Assembly (NCBI GenBank): GCA_051362555.1
Contig: CM120649.1
Location: forward strand, 15,886,567-15,950,566
DNA length: 64,000 nucleotides
Direction: 5' to 3'
Origin: Lingula anatina
Lineage: Eukaryota > Animalia > Brachiopoda
A model generated the notes under the pieces. That model was not told the origin of the DNA. It ran no database searches and was given only the letters and a program-made list of their open reading frames with translations. The translations under genes were made by a program, and so were the position numbers. Below, piece after piece: positions 1-13,800 of the stretch. How positions within the stretch are numbered: position 1 is the first letter of the stretch; each line of letters begins with the position of its first letter.

Positions 1-464
1 TTGTAAAAAAAAGCATGTTTTAGTCAGTTTGATTGTCCAAACTTATGCAGGTATCATCATGGGATGGTATTGTTGAAAAATGTTCTTTATTTACGATACA
101 ATGTTTTGAGCATGAGAAACCATTAAAAGTTGCGTGATGTTTTGTATTACGTGTTTTACCTTTATGTCAAGGCCTGTCTAGGAATGGTGTATACATCAGT
201 GCACAAGCATGTATACAGACCTTGCAGGAGCATGAGAGAATTGTATGCAGAGCACTACTTTCCCAACTCTACACAGAATCAAAAACCTGGCTGACCATAG
301 CCAAGTTTTGCTTTTATTGCAATACCAAAAAGATAAGAGAGTCAGAATTCTGAGTTGTAGCTATTCATTAATGAATCTGATATAGCAAAATTTTTAGAAA
401 TTCCCTTTTTACCTAAAAAATGCTACATTTATTGAGCACTGCATATTAATTCACCTGACATTGT

Positions 465-495
<31 letters not shown>

Positions 496-528
496 TTGCT
501 TGAATGCTCTGGATGTGCCTTTGTTTAG

Positions 529-678
529 GACAAACAAAAAATAATGGGCACAATTATAGTCAGCAAGGTGCATTAGATATACACAGATCATGTCATGGAA
601 TGAAAAGTGTGAAGAAAGAACAATTAACATGTACGCATACACGTGAATTTTCAGCTGAATGTGTTGTCCAAAGATCTG
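529..678 (+). CDS. Candidate coding exon of the N-terminal ectodomain of the membrane-protein gene (3' boundary and frame ambiguous)
   Basis: Acceptor ttgtttag|GA. Either a 150-nt phase 1-1 exon (GQTKNNGHNYSQQG...ECVVQRS, donor TCTG|gtaata) or a 39-nt phase 0-0 exon 529-567 (DKQKIMGTIIVSK, donor AAG|gtgcat). Both can be joined in frame to exon 2862. Confidence 0.4.
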
Positions 679-1762
679 GTAATATTCTACATGTTGACAT
701 TTCCCCTTTGCCAGCTACAGATATAGATGTTCAATGCCAAACCCAAAGTATATAAAAATTGCCTCAGGATATGATATCCATCTTTTGATGACATGGGTCC
801 CAATTAAGACATTTTATGAGGTATCGGAATACCCCTCCACAAAGGTATCACATACACACAGTGACATAACAGTCACAGCTACTGTTACATAACAGTAACA
901 GTAACCCTCTAAGGATCAGTATGTGTTTATCATACCTGTATGCAATCAATTACCACAAGTACCCTGATTAACCTATTGTGTTATTGAATTATTGCAATCA
1001 GCATTGTGAACATATGGTGTTTATAATTACAGGGTATTCTAAAGCACCTTGTTTTGATGTAACATATGGGCTTGAGGAGGTAAAGGGGGCTTTGTTTGAG
1101 GGGGAGGGGCAGGGGGGTGAGGGGGGGGGGTGGCTGGGTGAAAGGTGTATCGAGTGATGTTTGTACCTGCAAGGTGGTCTCTTAATTTGGCTCTTGGTTT
1201 GGACCACCTGTGATGTTAATGTTTATGTTCAGTAAGGTAGGAAGAAATAAGAGAGAGAAGGGGTGGAAGGGGAGCACTCTTGTTATACAGCTCAAGGGCT
1301 ATTATATTCAATTTGTCATTGATTATTATGTATAGATTTTTAAATCTGCATATATGTAAATATTTTAAAATAAGGATTATACAACAAGTTGTTTTGAATG
1401 AAATTGTTCTATGTGTTGAAGAATATGAATATTTGAATTATCATCATACTTATTTTTAAAATAATCTCATTGAAGGAAAGATATACCTTTAAGCATTAAG
1501 GCAAAAATCATTCCTATTAAAAAAAAACAAATAAATGAAAAGAAAGAAAAAACAGAAGAAGAAAACGCGAAAAAAACCTAAACTTTGTAAAATAACATGT
1601 TTAAACATCTATATATTTAAGGCAAAGCATTTTGAAACTTGTAATTTGTTAGAATAGTATTACAGGTTGTTTTTAAAATAAAGTCAAATTAGAATGCTGT
1701 AGTTTCCACACTTATTTGATTTCAAATTCCAATCACTGTCTTAATTTCCTAGTGTTTTTCAG

Positions 1763-1809
1763 ACAACATATACAGTTTTGCCCTGTTTACACTAGATTTA
1801 AATGGACCG
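1763..1809 (+). CDS. Candidate small exon (D)NIYSFALFTLDLNGP
   Basis: Acceptor tgtttttcag| and donor CCG|gttatg. Phase 1-0 bridges the 150-nt version of exon 529 to exon 2862. The donor is weak. Confidence 0.3.
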
Positions 1810-1936
1810 GTTATGAAGCACTCTTTTTAAGATGTCTGTTGTCAAATTGTCAAATTGTTGTGAAAAATATAGACTACTGTTTGGTTTCCGTCAGTTAAGA
1901 TAGCTTTCTCTTTTATGAAAGAACCATTCATGCTTA

Positions 1937-2196
1937 GGGACCATTCCCAGAACCTATCGTACTAACTGGGGATCAATATATCTCTAAGGGGAATCTCGCC
2001 AATTGCAGTCAACTTAAGCAGCTTAAATGTCTGTCAAGCCTACTGAAGTTGCTGGGGGTAATAAATTATTATTTAGCAGCTTCAATAGGCGTGCCAGACA
2101 TCTTAGCCACTTAAGCTGAAAGCAATTCAGCTAGAGACCCCTCGGAGATGGATCGATCTTTTTAGTCTAGATCAATCTAGGTATGGGAATCTAGTC
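1937..2196. mobile_element. Hairpin (fold-back) MITE, family A, copy 1
   Basis: Imperfect whole-element inverted repeat (attcccagaaccta...taggtatgggaat; tgtctgtcaagcctactgaagttgct / agcagcttcaataggcgtgccagaca). A second copy lies at 18551-18795. Confidence 0.8.
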
Positions 2197-2861
2197 TTTA
2201 GTCCTGATAGTTCTAGTGTAAACAGTACTGTACTTTCGTGTGATTTCAGGAAAAGAATAATCTGTGCAACTGGGACTCCTTTTAAAGGTCACACAATTAC
2301 AATAATGTAAATACAGGAGCCGCGAAAAACGATTATCAAATGTCAACCTTTGCTGGTTGTGCAATTTGAGCCAAAATAACTCGGTTAGGTTTTTTATGCA
2401 AAGCATGTGGGAGTAGATTATGAAATGGTTTGCGTCAACCTTTATCTTGTTAATTCTCAGCATTTTTTTTTTAATCCAGATGTTAAAGCTATAAACTTCT
2501 GTAGTCAATTGTCAAAATCAGAATTTTTAAATGATTTCACTTTCAGGAGCTTTGCTGAACAATGAAAAATTACGGCATTTAAGGTCGATGTGCACTTTTA
2601 GTTAATGTGCAGAATATAAAAATCCACTTTTACTCAAGATGTCTGACATAAGATTTATCTGAAATCTTCATTTGGAAACTGCATAGTAATTTTCGTCATA
2701 AAAACCTGTTCTGTAATATAAACTGTTGAGGACAAAATTTCATGTGTACAAGCACTTCTGAATAACTGAAAGATCAAGAAAACTAGTTTGATTTGATTTG
2801 GGAAGATATACCGTTTTCACCAAGATGAGCTAATTTTCCAAATTCTTATCTCTCTTTTCAG

Positions 2862-3017
2862 GGTAATATTGAGTTTAAGACATCAGAGGATCCACAGAGC
2901 ACCAATCTTTTGATGCAGGCCGATTGGAAAGTCCCTGATCGAGAGAACTTGGATGGGATTTTCATGAACTCCACAGAAGTTATCACACCTATGGGAAAAG
3001 TGATTGTGGTGCAGTTG
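2862..3017 (+). CDS. Coding exon, ectodomain (GNIEFKTSEDPQSTNLLMQADWKVPDRENLDGIFMNSTEVITPMGKVIVVQL)
   Basis: Strong acceptor tctcttttcag|, donor TTG|gtgagt, 156 nt. Only one frame is open. N-glycosylation sequon NST. Confidence 0.7.
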
Positions 3018-6000
3018 GTGAGTTGGTGGCCCTCGGCCTTTGAGACACATTCACACATGGGCGGTCTTTGAGACCTGATACATATATGAGCCTTACTTGT
3101 ATTAGCAGATGAGGAATCATAGAGGAAAGAGCATCTGTTGTTTAAGGCAGTAATGAGATTTTTCCAAATATATTGGTGGATTTCAGACTTTTGAGGGGCA
3201 AAAGTATAATTTTTGTTTTCAATGCAGGTGGCACTCTGGACCCCACCCAATATTTTCAGACTTTTTCACTAAATGGCAGTCTTATCATTGTTCAGGGTGT
3301 ATTAGGACCTGCCTCTTGCAGAATTCTTTGTCTTATAAATGTTTCAACTGATGTATTTATTGTGAGATCAATGTCCCTGTGTCTGAATTTTCTACTGTAG
3401 TAATCTGGTTGTAGGAGAGAGCCACTGAGACCATTATCTAGTCTTAACTAGTTTTAAAACCTATCTTGGGCTGATTTGTCAAGAACTCAGTTAAATTGGG
3501 CTATTTTTGGCAATTGCTAATTTGTTTAAGACTAAGTGTATCCGTACCTTTTTATTCCTCATTGTTTGAAACAGTAAGCTGATCAGATTGAGTTGAAGGA
3601 TGTAAATAGATAATTAGATTTAATTGTTTTTGGTACTATAAATATACTTGCACATGGTTTTTAATACCTGCCTAATTTGGTTCACATTCAAAGGATTTCA
3701 TACCATTTCTCTACCCATGTCCAGTGCCCTGTTTGCATAGAGTTGTTATGTCTGAAGTCGCCCATTTATAAAGTATTGAACAAATTTGTTATATTGTGAT
3801 TGACCAGTAATTTGTCCAGATGAAGTTCATGGCCTTAATGTCACTCAAGACTAGCAGTTCCCCCAGAGATTTATGACACCGTAGAGTGAACCCAGCAGCT
3901 TCCATATGCTGCAATTCTTACGCCCGAGGTCACAGCGTATTTGGACATCACTGAACCGTGGTTTATGCAAATGATTTTTGTCGATTGAGCGGAGGACTTG
4001 GAAGAGCACGGTTGAGTTGAGCACTACAGGCGTTCTTTGTTCATGGAAACTTGAGCTTGTCGGTGCATTATAGCAGGTGTCATGAAGGGCAATGGACTGG
4101 AATGTTTCTTCGTAATCTGTTTGATTTATTGATGTCCTATCGAGTGTGCCTGTTGTTAAGGTACTCCACTCCAGGAAACCAGTTTGATAAATAGTTTCAA
4201 TTTGTTGCATAATTTGCATAGTTTTTCTTTAACAATTACCATAGCTTTTCTTTTATTTGTATAATACCTACAAGATTACCAGTCAGAATTTTATGTAAAC
4301 TAACCAAGTGTGAAGGAAGTGTATTGGCCCTGAGGCTGTTTGGTTTGGTTGTGGGAATCATTCGCCCTCTGGCACAGACTTATAGCAAAGGTGTGCACCA
4401 TTGATACCCTTGTGGTCAAATGGCTATTTATAAAATCTGGTGGTCAAAAATGTTGTGATAGTGACACGCCTTGAGTGGTATTCTGCCGATTTTAGAAAAT
4501 TGTATTCATAGTTAGTTTAGGTGGTTACATTGCAATAAATCAATAACTGTTATATGAAAAAAAAACTGCTGTAATTAGAATTTTAAGCCCAAATCACCCA
4601 AATAAGCTTAGATAATTCATGTTTTGAAACCCTGTTATTGTGCTTTTGATACAATTTTTCTTCATAGAAAAGTTGATAACTACAATATGATACAAGTCAT
4701 TGAATTCTGTCTTCTTTCGCACCAACTCAAGTATTAAAAGAGAACTTGTACAAGTGTGGGAAATATATAATTAATTGCCAGAAATAAACGGATTGCAATT
4801 ATAGCACAGGCTGCCTTGTAGCTTAACTAACTCAATTAATTAGGGACAATTGGTGCTATACATGCAATCATTGACAAGTGGATTTAAAAGATGCCTGTCA
4901 TATGATTGCCTTAAAGTGTGCAATATGACATTGAACACATGTGCATAATTAAAACAGAAAATGTATCTTTAATGTGTGTGTGTGTGCACGTGCATGTGCA
5001 TGTATGTGTGTGTGCCACAATATTGGTTATTTAAAAACACATTTATAAGCAGAATTATACATATACGAGATTTTATTGGGTGAATATTGTCTATTTGATA
5101 AAATAATTTGATGCAGTGATATAAATCAGATATGAATTTTAACTTTTTATTGTAAAAACTAAATTACTTCTTCAAGAAAATTGGCAAAAAGTGACAGACA
5201 ACAGTAGTGGTGTGTATAAGTACGCTGTGCAGCGAACAGTTGGCAACTAGTTTAATTAACCTATGGGGACATGTGGGAATTGCTTAGAAAAAAGGAAGGG
5301 GAGTAAATGTACTTTATCTGATCAGATTTCATCACAGTTTTCCCCCATAAAATTGAGTTTTTCCGAAGCAATTACCACTTATCAAAAGTAATTATACTTT
5401 TTTATCCCTCCCTAGTGTAATTGCTTGTGCTTGCAGTTAGAATTGCTGCTAAAGAGACACGAGTGTAATGCAAACTATTCCTCATATGACTTCATAGTAC
5501 GGTAGTTACTCAGTATATCTAGACTGCATGAATTTCTGATCCCCCCCCCCCCCCCCCCCCCACAATCAGCCTAACAAACTTTAAATAAACATTGACTTTT
5601 TTCATTTGCATACCAGTGTTTATAATCTTTTTTAGGAAAAAAATAATTACATTTGATAACTATTTTTCATTTTTTCATTGAATTTGATAAATAACACTTT
5701 GGCAGGGGGTAAAGTGAGGCAATAAAGCAAAAGGCATCCTCCCCTTGTTGCTAGACTGATAGAATGTGTACCCACATTTGATTCAGTTTGATTGCTATTT
5801 TATCAACATTACAGTGATGTTGTACTTCAGCATGTACTTTTGATTGCCTACCCAGATTTTTATTCATTATTCAACATATGCATATATTTGCCAATCTATA
5901 CTACAGCTGTAACACTGAGATGTAACTGTAGCGTTCGTTTGCTTAAAGGAGTTTGAAAATGTGCATCAAGATTGTGTGTATTTTTATCTGTCCCTGTCTG

Positions 6001-8218
6001 GGTTTGCTGGATGAAACGTGCCGATTTTGTTCCAATGTTCACAAAAGGGCCCAGTCAATGGCAAGATAACATAAACTTGCTTCTGAAATACTGTAATATG
6101 CTAGAACTGGTTTTGCACCAAATGCAAACAATATCACATTTTATTCACTGTTATCATTCATTTTTACTAGAGTAAACTGGAAAAATAATGCAGAAAAATT
6201 GTCCATGTGAAATCTGTGATGTGTCCATCAGTATGGACAATACAAGCACCTTGGAATCACACTTCAGTAACAAAACCAGATGCAATATGATACGAAAACA
6301 GTGCATATATAATCTTTCAATTAGCCAGCTGTTAGGTGTAATAGTGTGAAGTGTGGCAGAGATTGTTACACAACCTAGAAAAACAGAGTTGTAAAAAGGG
6401 TGGAGGTTGGATCAATATATGGCCCTTACGAGGCTGAATCTGAAAATGACAACCTGTCATATGTACCATAAGTTTTAAGCCATAAGATGGAATTATTTTT
6501 CTTTTATTATTTTGTTCCCATCTCCAACAAATATTAAAAAGGACGTCTAAAGAAAAAACACTCAAGCCATATTGAGTAATCCTTGAAGAGACTGATTTTT
6601 TAAACGTTTGTTCTGCAGATTGTAAAATAGATTGTAACCTGATAAATTATCTTTCACCAGCCATATTAAACTAGTCTCTCCACTTCAAATAATTAATGCT
6701 TATCAAATATTCATTAATATTTAATTATCCCAGTTGTGAAATTTAGCAGTGCACTCTGAAGGTGATTTTTTTTATCATGTTAAAGCAACAGACGGAAACA
6801 TTTAATTATTAACGCAACTCTGTTGCATAATGGGGAAAGTGCCATCATTGTTACAACCAACAAAATTAGCGTTCTTATATTTTAACTGCTTGTTTGTCCC
6901 ACAGATGCATATCCAATGCAGTCTGGGAGATAAATTAAGCCCCGTTTACACATATCAGTAGAAGCGATCCTGGTGCAATCAAGGAACAAATGTGATGTAC
7001 AAAAAATGAAAATTTCAAAAAAATGTTGTGGTGTAGAATAAAAAAGCATCACATCAAGGAAACCATTTTGAACACTAGTGGTATTTGTATGGTGGAAAAC
7101 CATAAAAACATTATGATCATTACAGTATTCATATCATGCTTCATGTAAGTTAATTAGGGAGTCATTAAGTGAGGGGAGATATCTTATGAACATATTAAAT
7201 ATGAAAAGTCAATTTTATGGGCAGTTTTAACAATGGGAACAGTTAATGAAGTGGCACAGGGAGAACTCATTTTTATTATGCTGTATCTCTCCCATGAACC
7301 AAAAGTAATTGAATTTTAAAATATTACTTTTGAATTTTTTATATGAAACCTTAAATTAATGTTACATTTGTTAAATTTGTATTTAGCTCAAAGTAATGCA
7401 GACAATTTATTTGGTTAAATGCTAAAATTGAAACAGATGTCTTCCTGTAATTAAACATTGCATATTTGGTTTACTATTTTGGGTATAGAAAATAGAGAAA
7501 AAAAGTATTATCTCAGATTCCAGTCAATCTTTCTGTCTTGAAAAGATTCAGTATATACACACACATGAAGCCACCCTCACCTAGATCAATAAAGTGGAAT
7601 CTGCCATGCAATTTGGTCTCAGTACTGTCTTCATGGGTTTGTTGAAGATAGTACAAGGATCAGGTCTTAACTTAGGGGTTGTATAGGCCTGGTGCTGGTT
7701 CTCTGCAATGTTTGCAGTAGTAGTAGTAGTGATCTTCTTTATGGTTTTGATGAAGAGAGTACATTAGGATCAGGTCTTTTAAGTTAAAACTTAGCGGTTG
7801 TACACATAGGCACTAGGCATGGTGGTGCTTGTTCTCTACAATATCTTTAGTACTTTCCGTAGTGACAGGTGTCCCTTTGGCTTGAAAAATGCCTCTTAAT
7901 CACTTCAGCATTAGGCTTATTGTGTGCCTTTAATGAGCTACAAGTATTGCCATGTTTTTGATTTGGCTGTAGTACTAATTGTAATGAAAATATTGATAGC
8001 ATTAATGACTAGGATCTGACCTGGTTTCTTGTGCACATTGGTGTGTGTGTGTGCGTGCGTGCCTGCGTGTGCCCACATGCACATGTTGTTACATATCACT
8101 ACATATCAGATTGCAAAGAGAACAATACACCTGTATAATTTTCCGTATTATGAGTGTGTATGCGTGTTCCTATCATGTGCAATATTTCAGCAGCCGTGTA
8201 AGTTTTTTTCCTCAACAG

Positions 8219-8277
8219 AAATTACTGGTCATTATCTTGATCTAGTTAACACCACAGACTCAGATGTTTCACAGGCT
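8219..8277 (+). CDS. Candidate juxtamembrane exon (E)ITGHYLDLVNTTDSDVSQA
   Basis: Acceptor tttttttcctcaacag|, donor GCT|gtaagc. Only the phase-1 frame is open, and it ends in phase 0, matching the TM exon. A linking phase 0-1 exon between 3017 and 8219 was not found. Confidence 0.5.
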
Positions 8278-10833
8278 GTAAGCCCTAAAGTGACAAGTAG
8301 GTGTCAGAAAGAAAGACAAATTGATGTAAAAAATGTTCAGTCCTTGGGCACCGTAGAATGTTTTGACAAAATAAGTGCAATTAATGAAGGATTGAAGATT
8401 CCAATTTTCATTATTCACCATTAAATTTTTCAGACATGGCTAAGACCTAAGATAAGCCCTTTGCCCAGTTGATTATTTTTAACAACAGAGGATTTGGTAG
8501 GGGGAAAAAACAGAAATTAGATTAAAATGGAACTCTCATACAGTTCCCAGTGAAAGGTGCACAGGTATGTCGAAGTTTAGGGTCAAATTTAATTACAGTC
8601 ACTTGAAATTAAGTGCTGGACTGCATACTATCCAAGCACGGTGTAGTTTTGATGTGAGAATTATATTGAAAACACAATTTTTTATGTGTAAGCATTCACT
8701 CTGATATCAAATTCATGAAGAAGATTGCAATCTATAGAAGTTGAATGCATGACTAATTTTACAGCCTAATTCCATTCATTTGCATATTGTAATCACTTAA
8801 AAAATTGTTGTGGAATTAGACTAGAATCAAAGCCTCTTTTTGGATAGGCATATCTCATGTATTCTCTATTTATAATGTCAACTATGTATGCATCTGCCGT
8901 GCATGATCAGAAAACCTATTATTCAATAAGTGCTGATTCTGGAATTGTTATTGTTTTAAGAAACCCATCCATTGCAGCTGACATTATCAGAATCATGATC
9001 AGCTGATAAAATAAGTTGATTATAAAGCAAGCTTTTTTTGTTTTGTAGAGACGTAAGAAACCAGTGAGTAAGCAGTGCACCCCCCTCCCCCCCCCCCCCC
9101 CCCGTACATTTCCACATGAATAAAAGGTGACTCTCGCTGAATACAATCAGCTAAACACACATCCTGTTGTTTCCAAGGTACAGGTATTATTGCCAGCTTA
9201 ATTTTCTATATTCTGCTCAAGACCAGGAGGAGTGTTAATCCGTTAATCTGACTGCATTCAGCAAGAGTCCCCACTGAGTTGGATTGATTTGCATAGAATA
9301 GTAGTTTCATTGGAAATAAGCGCGTAGACATGAAATAGAATAACCAACCAATAAATGGTGGCCTAAGACAGCAATATATATATGAAATTGTCATTTGATT
9401 GTATCATATAAAGGTATGCAAACTGTACCTTTTTCCGGTAACCCTTATCATGCTTTCTAAATAAGTTTTTATAATATAGATATTGTGAGTTCAGTTCTAT
9501 CTGTACTTGTCACCCGGCAGTTAGAGTATATATACATTTTTCCCAGTTGGTTTTATTTATTTATGCTGGTGCTATATGATCACAGTTTAGCAGAATTGCT
9601 CTGCTGGTTTTATCTTTTATGTATAAAGTTTGATGATGCAGTTAAAAAACACAGCTGACTGGAACAGTATAGAGTGTCAACATTGATGTCCCAACTTGAC
9701 ATTGAACAAAGTTATTGTAGTCTGTGAAAAAATAATATGTTACATAGCTTTATTTTGATTATTAGTATGATATCAAGTTTCTTTTCTTTTTTTCCTGTCT
9801 AATCAAAATTGATGTGAATTGCAGTGATAGCTTCTAGGCTTATAGCTTTAACATTATAGACATTTGCAAACATAAAATATATTTTGTGGTTTCAGTCTCC
9901 AAAAAAAGTTTAACCCAAATAAACATATTTTAAGAATTAGAAAAAGTCATTAAAAGAAATGAAGATTTTATTTTGCTCAAATGCACCTGCTTTTTCAACC
10001 AAGATAGTAATTTGGCAGAATGAATTGTATGGACATTTCAGTTTCCATTGTGACCATTTGTGGACAGCAGTGGACATTATCTTTTAAAGGCCACTAGTAG
10101 ACCCATTAGTAGCCACACACACAGCTCATTGGGACTATTTTCTTTAAACATTTGAGGAAATTAAAAGTATACATTATCTGTAAATTACTTTTGGGGTCCA
10201 TTCACAAAATCATTACTTTGGCCAGTCTTGTTTTATCTATTTTCCCACATTTGTTCTTCTTTGGTGTTAGCAGAATGTGGTCGCATTTTCACTAGAGTTG
10301 TTACAGCCTAACGTAAACCATTTGAAAAAAAATGATTTTCATTATCATCTGAATCTATGTCAGTTTCATTTTTCCTCCCTTCCCCACCCTATTTCTTGCC
10401 ACAAACTATAACCTGTAAACAGCAGCACAAACCAATTTTGTACAATTCACTCCTGAACAATCACGTTAGAAACAATCACATCAGGTTCTTCTGTAACGCC
10501 TTGTGACTTTTATCGTGAGAAACATAAGGAAAATGGCTGCATTTCATGCACAGGTGCAGTTTAAACTGCTGAAGCTCGTAATTCAATTTTTTTCCATTTT
10601 CTTTAGGTTATTTTAATCCATCCAACAAAAGAAGGGTGCAAAAGGCTGTTTTAAGCTTCTGAAAGGCGTATGTAGTTCGTTTCAGATGATTTTGTATCAG
10701 CTAGGTGTAATTTTAAGCTGAGTAGTACAAGCATACGACAAGTTGATTGTACATTTGTAGTCTTAAATTCTGGCTAACCGCAAATTCACACATGCACGCA
10801 CGTACACACATTCATACATCAATTAGATCAAAA

Positions 10834-10836
<3 letters not shown>

Positions 10837-10865
<29 letters not shown>
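10837..10865. repeat. (CA)n microsatellite
   Basis: Perfect AC dinucleotide run. Confidence 0.9.
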
Positions 10866-13800
10866 GCTCAGATTCATCTACGTACTTGCAAACATATTCA
10901 CTGCTTTTACAGCACACCGATGTGTTGATACAAAGATTGATAACATGATAATGTATTTGGTACATCCCCTGGTGCTGCTTTGGAAAATGGGATTGAAGAA
11001 CCAATTGGTAATACGACACATTATTAAATGTTCAGGATATCTCCATAGACTGAATGAAAGTTCGCAATATAAGACAATTTGCATTCATGTGCTTGGTAGA
11101 TAACATTTTCCGGTGTGTCTTTTAACTGGAAGTTCTCTCTAAATTCGTACAAACCTGATTGATTTTATGGCTGAAGTTTTGAATTTGTCAGGTGGGTATT
11201 TTGCTGAAAAGTGTTTGTGAGAAACTTAAAGCGATGATCTTTTAAGAGACATGGCTGAAATAAGAGAACATGGTAATGACACTATGTTTTCAATGGGTGG
11301 AAATCATGAATTTTATAGATGCTGCATATTTTATAGTCAAAGAAATCTTTCATTTGATACAACACATTAAAGAAGTAATGCCCAGATAGCATACCAGCCA
11401 TTATTCAAAGGGTCTCTTCCTAAGGTCATCTTCATATTGTACATTTTTTGGGTCATTTTGTAAAACTTGTCCCATAGCTTTCCCTAACGTATCCTTATAG
11501 GCCACCATACTTATCTGCAATTAACATGTAATCCTCTAGGATTTTACCCACAAACTGCAAAGGGCATGTTGCCCAGACCTTTTGAATCAAATTAACTCAT
11601 TGGCACATCTTTTAAACAATGTACACACAGGTGTTTCTCAAACAGCAACTTGATAACAAAAAATGGAGTTTGCTAATATATAATCAATAGTAGCAGTGCA
11701 CTTAAGGATCTGTGAAAAGACCTTTTTTGCTGATCCTTTACAAAAATGCCAATTCCGGTTGCGTTGAAAGAAAAAAAAAACGCAGTTTGTGTTACACATT
11801 AGATCAATACTAAAAAGACATTTCAGAACATGTGAAAGGACCTTTCGGCCAAACCTTAATGAAAATGCCAGTTTCATTGGTGTAGACGGATTGAATAAAA
11901 CCTTTATCTCTGGGGAGAAAAGAGGCTGGTGTGTGGAGATTGACCTGCAGCAGGTTCAAGGATGATCCACCATTTTCTCGGGCAGAATAAGACTTAAGTC
12001 TTAAACAATATAACTCTGCGCTGGGTCAATATTTCTTACCGTTATCTATTTTGTGTCATTTTATTCTTCATTTTCTTATTGTGTTATAACAGTTTTTAAT
12101 GATTTCATGAATGGATACCTTGATTTCTGACAGATTCTCACCTAGAATTCTGTTATTAGCATATAGCGCTAATGAGTTTTTTTTTTTTTTTGGTATTTTT
12201 TCCTATGTGATAATGTTAAGGAAAATCTATCAGCTAGTAACAAGATTACTGCCTTACTAGTAAATGTAAGCATTTGTAATGGGAAATAGATTACAATGGT
12301 TATTTTTGTAAACTTCTTTTTTCTGTTGCATCTTGATTATGTTGCTGTCCCAGTAATTCAATTTAAAGTGGTCAAATTAAAGCCACAGGATATTATTTCT
12401 TCAAGTTATCATTAGGATGTTTTTTTTATATATTTTGTCTTAAACCTTAGGCTTTGTCTAGGCTGACTAGAAATTTTGCTAAAGGATGATATATAATGTC
12501 CTTAAAGTTGGAGGAAAGTAAGCCCCTTTTATTAATTTAAAAGGAATCAGAAGCTGAGGCTATTGCCCTGAAATCTGTACTATAAGCAGGTGGGTGAAGG
12601 GAAGGAGAGACGGCCTAATCAAAATGGAAATTCAGAATTTCATGAAACCTCTCATGATTGAATGTGCAGCATGCCTCAAAATATTAGTTTTTTGGAACAA
12701 AGTTATGTAGGTGAAGAGACAGTACCAGAAACTGTGAACTTTGGATTGAGCAATTTGCTAAGTTTACAGAAATGAGTTCTTAGCATTCGTTTTTTTTCTT
12801 TTGGAGCTGAACTCCTTTGAATTAGTTGTTTTTATTATTTATTTATATGCATCATGCTTTAATGTTTCTAGCATATCTTGCATAAAATCCATGTAAGAAT
12901 TTATTAGCAGAAGAAAAAAGACTAGGAAAACATGTTAAGCAAGCATGCAATAATTTGTGTGAAAGAATGACTCCTTCTCACAATTAGCCTGAAATATAAT
13001 TTGAAAACCACTAATGAACATAGATTTGGGTAGGTTTTGACTAATTTGGTGGCTTTTAAGGGATACGGAAGATTAGTGGCTCCAAGTTAATGATACAGAT
13101 CAGCTAAGCAAATTGCTATTTAATTGGTTAATAATTAGCCTATCAATATCTTGTTTGCAGACTTCAGAATTTAACATCAGGAGGATCTAAAGACATCATA
13201 GTCTCTCTCTCTCTCTCTCTCTCTCCAAGATAATTTTTGTTATCTGCAGTTTATATGTACTTTATACTGCATCGCATCATGTTAAATTTGAGCAGTTTGA
13301 GTTGAAAATGATTGTAACTTGCTGTCTTAGTGTACTAGCCATCAATGCTTATATATACCAAACTACATGTATTAAAGCCAAATCCATGCTTTGCCTCTAC
13401 TGATTTCTTCACATTTCAGCTTACTGATAGACTTGGAAAGAAATTCTTTTAGAAGGAGGGATTAGATTAAGTCGAAATTGAATTGCCCTCTTTCAGGATG
13501 TACAAATATCAGATGTTGACCTTGTTACGACAGCTCAAATCCAACTATCCTCCTTGACCAATGATTTCATTTTCATATTTAATGGTAGGAGTGCATTTGC
13601 TGGTAGAAGTCAATTTAATTTGATATTAAATTGTAATTTACAAATGTTTGTAGTATCTATTTGTGTTGCAGCGTCTTTGGCAATTTTGAATTAAGATGAA
13701 TTAGAGGTGATATGAAATAGGAAGGCAAGAATTCTCAGGTAAACTCTGGGATGAAAGGGTTTTAATCATTCGTATTAATTCAGTAATGGTAGCTCAAATG

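Noticed and set aside
3228-3296. Possible exon after acceptor aatgcag|
   Set aside because: The phase-0 frame needed after exon 2862-3017 hits TAA; the open phase-1 frame does not join.
3851-4219. 122-aa minus-strand ORF
   Set aside because: No recognisable domain and no partner exons. Retained only as a possible regulatory island.
6905-6960. Acceptor tgtcccacag| followed by MHIQCSLGDKLSPVYTYQ
   Set aside because: All three frames stop within 60 nt and there is no convincing donor.
11710-11955. Open frame TCERTFRPNLNENASFIG...DLQQ after tttcag|
   Set aside because: The phase-2 start does not fit the neighbouring exons, the donor is weak, and it is part of a degenerate ~120-bp local duplication.
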